A stretch of DNA of 55,968 bases, filler included, from Perkinsus olseni (taxonomy: Eukaryota), in NCBI GenBank assembly GCA_013115125.1. It is 2 parts of 2 records of this genome, joined end to end, with 100 filler letters (N's around TTAATTAATTAA, not from the genome) between each part and the next. Parts side by side here need not be neighbours in the genome. Positions count along the whole stretch, not along the records: positions 28,092 to 55,968 come from JABANN010000458.1; 1 more part is not named here. One strand, 5' to 3'. The notes beneath the pieces are model-generated. The model saw only the letters and a list, made by a program, of their open reading frames with translations. It did not search any database and was not told where the DNA came from. The position numbers were made by a program, and so were the translations under genes. Below are positions 53,353 through 55,968 of this stretch, one piece after another (the first letter of the stretch is position 1; every line of letters starts with the position of its first letter).

Positions 53353-55823
53353 CTAAGCTGCTTCTTCGGTAGCTCTGGTGAAGCTTCTGAACATATCATG
53401 AGGTCTCATATCTTGAACGACATCCGCCTGAGCGATATCCGTATAGACTGCAAGTACGAGGCAAGCTTACCGCAACCGCTATGCTCTCAACTCCCGAGTC
53501 GTCTATACCGCGAGCTATTCGGAAGTAGCCATCCTCGCCCCAATCCACACTCCAGGAATTCTGGCAGCAAATGCAGATTATGAGCGCCTTTGACTTTCCT
53601 TTACTAGCAACGTACATCACTACGATAATCCACCACGGTAGCCTCACCTGTACAAGCCAGTATTTCTCTCCGTCATCCACACCGTACCCCACTAATAGCA
53701 CAGCGTGGTCAACTCTTTCCCATTCGGGAACTGTGTAGGAGTTAAGTTCCGCAATAATCGATCGTGGGCTAGTTCGCCTACGATGATAGTAGTCTTTTTG
53801 TAATTTGCTCTTGTACAATCCACTTCTATAATACATCAGGTCCGAAGCTGGTCTCAAAGAGACAACTAGCGGGCCGTCCTCGACTAGCTCTTTCATAATC
53901 TGATTGGTGCAGTCTCGAGGATACAGATAAAAGTTTGCCTGATACTCACCTGAGCTGCGGAGGTGCCACCATAGTATCCACCAATGTAATGGTAGTTGGA
54001 TGCTCTGTATTTGGGCATGGTGGATGGATCACATGTTATCTCACATTTCCCGTTCTCGGGTGTATACCTCGGAAAGTCGAAATAAATCACACAGAGTACT
54101 TCGATACTTCAGCGAATCACGAGATCTCTCGAATGATCCGACAGAGTTTGAGCGAAGATCGACAGAGTTGTCTTACCCCGCACACGTATCTGGTAGAAGG
54201 CCAACATCGGAAGACCATTTACTCATGAGGAATGCATAGCCACCATCACAACCTTGGTTATACTCGCCACAGTATAAAGGGAACCTGACAGAGGGGGCTC
54301 CGGGACTCCAATGGCCTCCAGGGCGCGTACGATATGCTCCATGGGATGGCAGTGAGATTTCGCGTCTTTATCTTGTGCCTTGCTGACAGCATGCGCATAG
54401 TCGCGATAGCGTAGCATGACCCGCAGGGGCCTTGGTTGATCACGGGCTCGATGTAGTTCTCGCCTGCAAGCTCATTGACTAACTAACACCTAGAGACTTA
54501 TCGAATTCCCCGACTCACCACTGACGTTTCTCCAATCTATGCTCTCTGGGAGTGAGTGCTCAGCCGTTAACAGCTCAAGATCGAGAAAAGATGTCCGATG
54601 TAGTGCCGCACGGTCTCGACGCCGTTTTCTGAGAAGAATCACCATTCTCTAGTGCTAGAATGGCCGAAACATTTCCGCGTACCTCAGTCTCTCGATACGA
54701 GTCAGGTAAGCTGGAGGTGTGTCCTCTGGGATGGATTTTCTTCTCAACCCCGACATTCTATTGAGCTCACGCAGGGTCTTTCCAATAAACCTAGGGTAGA
54801 CAGTGGCCTTCCACGTTGTACCAGGTCTATTGTTTAATCGGGCGACCTAACGAATGCAACGATTCATGTCGAATAGCAGGCCTGTGCCCCTACAACTGCT
54901 GAGTGGTAATCCTCGCCAAGGGGCTCATCGTAAGTCAGTGAGAATTTTTGCACCTGGACTTCTTCGAATGAGGCAGTTGCTGTCACCTGCAGTAGGATCG
55001 GTTTACTCGGGCCTACAGCACACCGGCCACTAATATTACCTTTCGCCCGTAGAAACACCCAAATTCTGTTTGATCAGTTGTTGTATACCATCCCAGCATT
55101 GTCTTGTCACAGCGGGAAACATTATGTTTGCGGCCTTCAGCATCGAGAGATATATCAAAATTGGAGAACGCGAAAAATACTCTCCCCTCGATTCGCGTCT
55201 GAATCACAAACTTCACATCGACCAGCAGCGAGGCTCTGTAACCTACTTCAAAGCCTTCATCGTACACCATTGTCCAGGTTCCTTTGCTCACCGATTCCGG
55301 TGATGCTATAACCCTATCAGGATTAGAAAGTGTTAGGTGTAATATACTTCGTCGGCCGGGAGGCATGCGGTCTTCTCCCGGTTCCAGATAATCCACGTCT
55401 GGACGCTGAGAGAGCAGCATGAAGTGCAGCGTTGGCCTGGCCATCGACTCAGTTCTCTGCGGCACGAGTTGACGAGCAGCCAGGAGACGCTCATTGAGAT
55501 TGACGATACCGCTTGTGTCATAAACACGAATATGTTGCTCACGTCTTACCGAGTGACCACAACTTGATCGTTCTGGGCTTGACGGTCCAATGTGAAACAC
55601 CCAGTCACCAACAATCTGAAGCAGCAAACCCCAGTCGACGAGCCACTGCTCCCAATTATCCGAGCGTAGTGCGGACGGGCAGAGTCTTCGATGCGGCTAG
55701 CGCTGTGAACACGGGTCTCACCTGATGCCGTAGGCAATGGACAGGTAGGTCTCCAAGAATGACGAAGTCGGAGACGTGAGTTAATATAACGGCCCACCGA
55801 AACAGGGACGGGATCATAGACAT
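53353..55823 (-). CDS. Cathepsin C / dipeptidyl aminopeptidase (DPAP), multi-exon
   Basis: Signal-like start then GDLPVHCLRHQ|IVGDWVFHIG...SSCGH, GTWTMVYDEGFE (exclusion domain); NQGPCGSCYA (catalytic Cys), VDHAVLLVGYG, QNSWSVDWGEDGYFRI. Confidence 0.93.
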
Positions 55824-55909
55824 ACTAACTATAGTCGATTCATTAGCTGCACAAACAACGCAACGGGGTTGTTCAAAACATTATGACACTGACCAGGAAC
55901 AAACAGGCT

Positions 55910-55943
55910 CTGTCACTAAATTCTCAAGAACTGTCACTAAATT
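55910..55943. repeat. 13-bp direct repeat CTGTCACTAAATT (21-bp period) upstream of cathepsin C
   Basis: Copies at 55910-55922 and 55931-55943. Confidence 0.85.
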
Positions 55944-55968
55944 TCTCGCTCGCCCTAAAATAACGCGC

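Overview
Gene-dense, intron-rich eukaryotic DNA from an alveolate, most consistent with Perkinsus. This is inferred from apicomplexan/dinoflagellate-type CDPKs, a RAP-domain protein, a DPAP/cathepsin C, and short (mostly 40-60 nt) GT-AG introns. Splicing exons by hand gives about 23 protein-coding genes. They include an OTU deubiquitinase with two PYM/eIF2A-C-like motifs, a ropporin/RIIa-like flagellar protein, a small Cys-motif mitochondrial protein, XPG/RAD2, NSUN5, LSM14/Scd6, a RAP protein, an O6-alkylguanine alkyltransferase, a HAD hydrolase, two tandem CDPK paralogues plus a third divergent CDPK, and a helical-repeat protein crossing an artificial 100-nt assembly linker. The right half holds MYCBPAP-like, CCDC86/Cgr1, a large helical-repeat/GAR-like/3xCCCH protein, an MFS transporter, a small secreted protein, a UBA/CUE-like Pro/Gln-rich protein, an OMS1-like methyltransferase, a WW-less Pin1 and cathepsin C. 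No tRNA, rRNA, CRISPR array or autonomous mobile element was seen, and no single multi-gene novel system stands out. The best leads are two unusual domain architectures, patchy gene conversion between the CDPKs, a tandem duplication that makes either a stop codon or a 21-nt intron, a micro-insertion flanked by direct repeats at the NSUN5 start, and a recurrent upstream motif TCTCGCYCGCC. All gene models and family calls are by eye, with no database searches.
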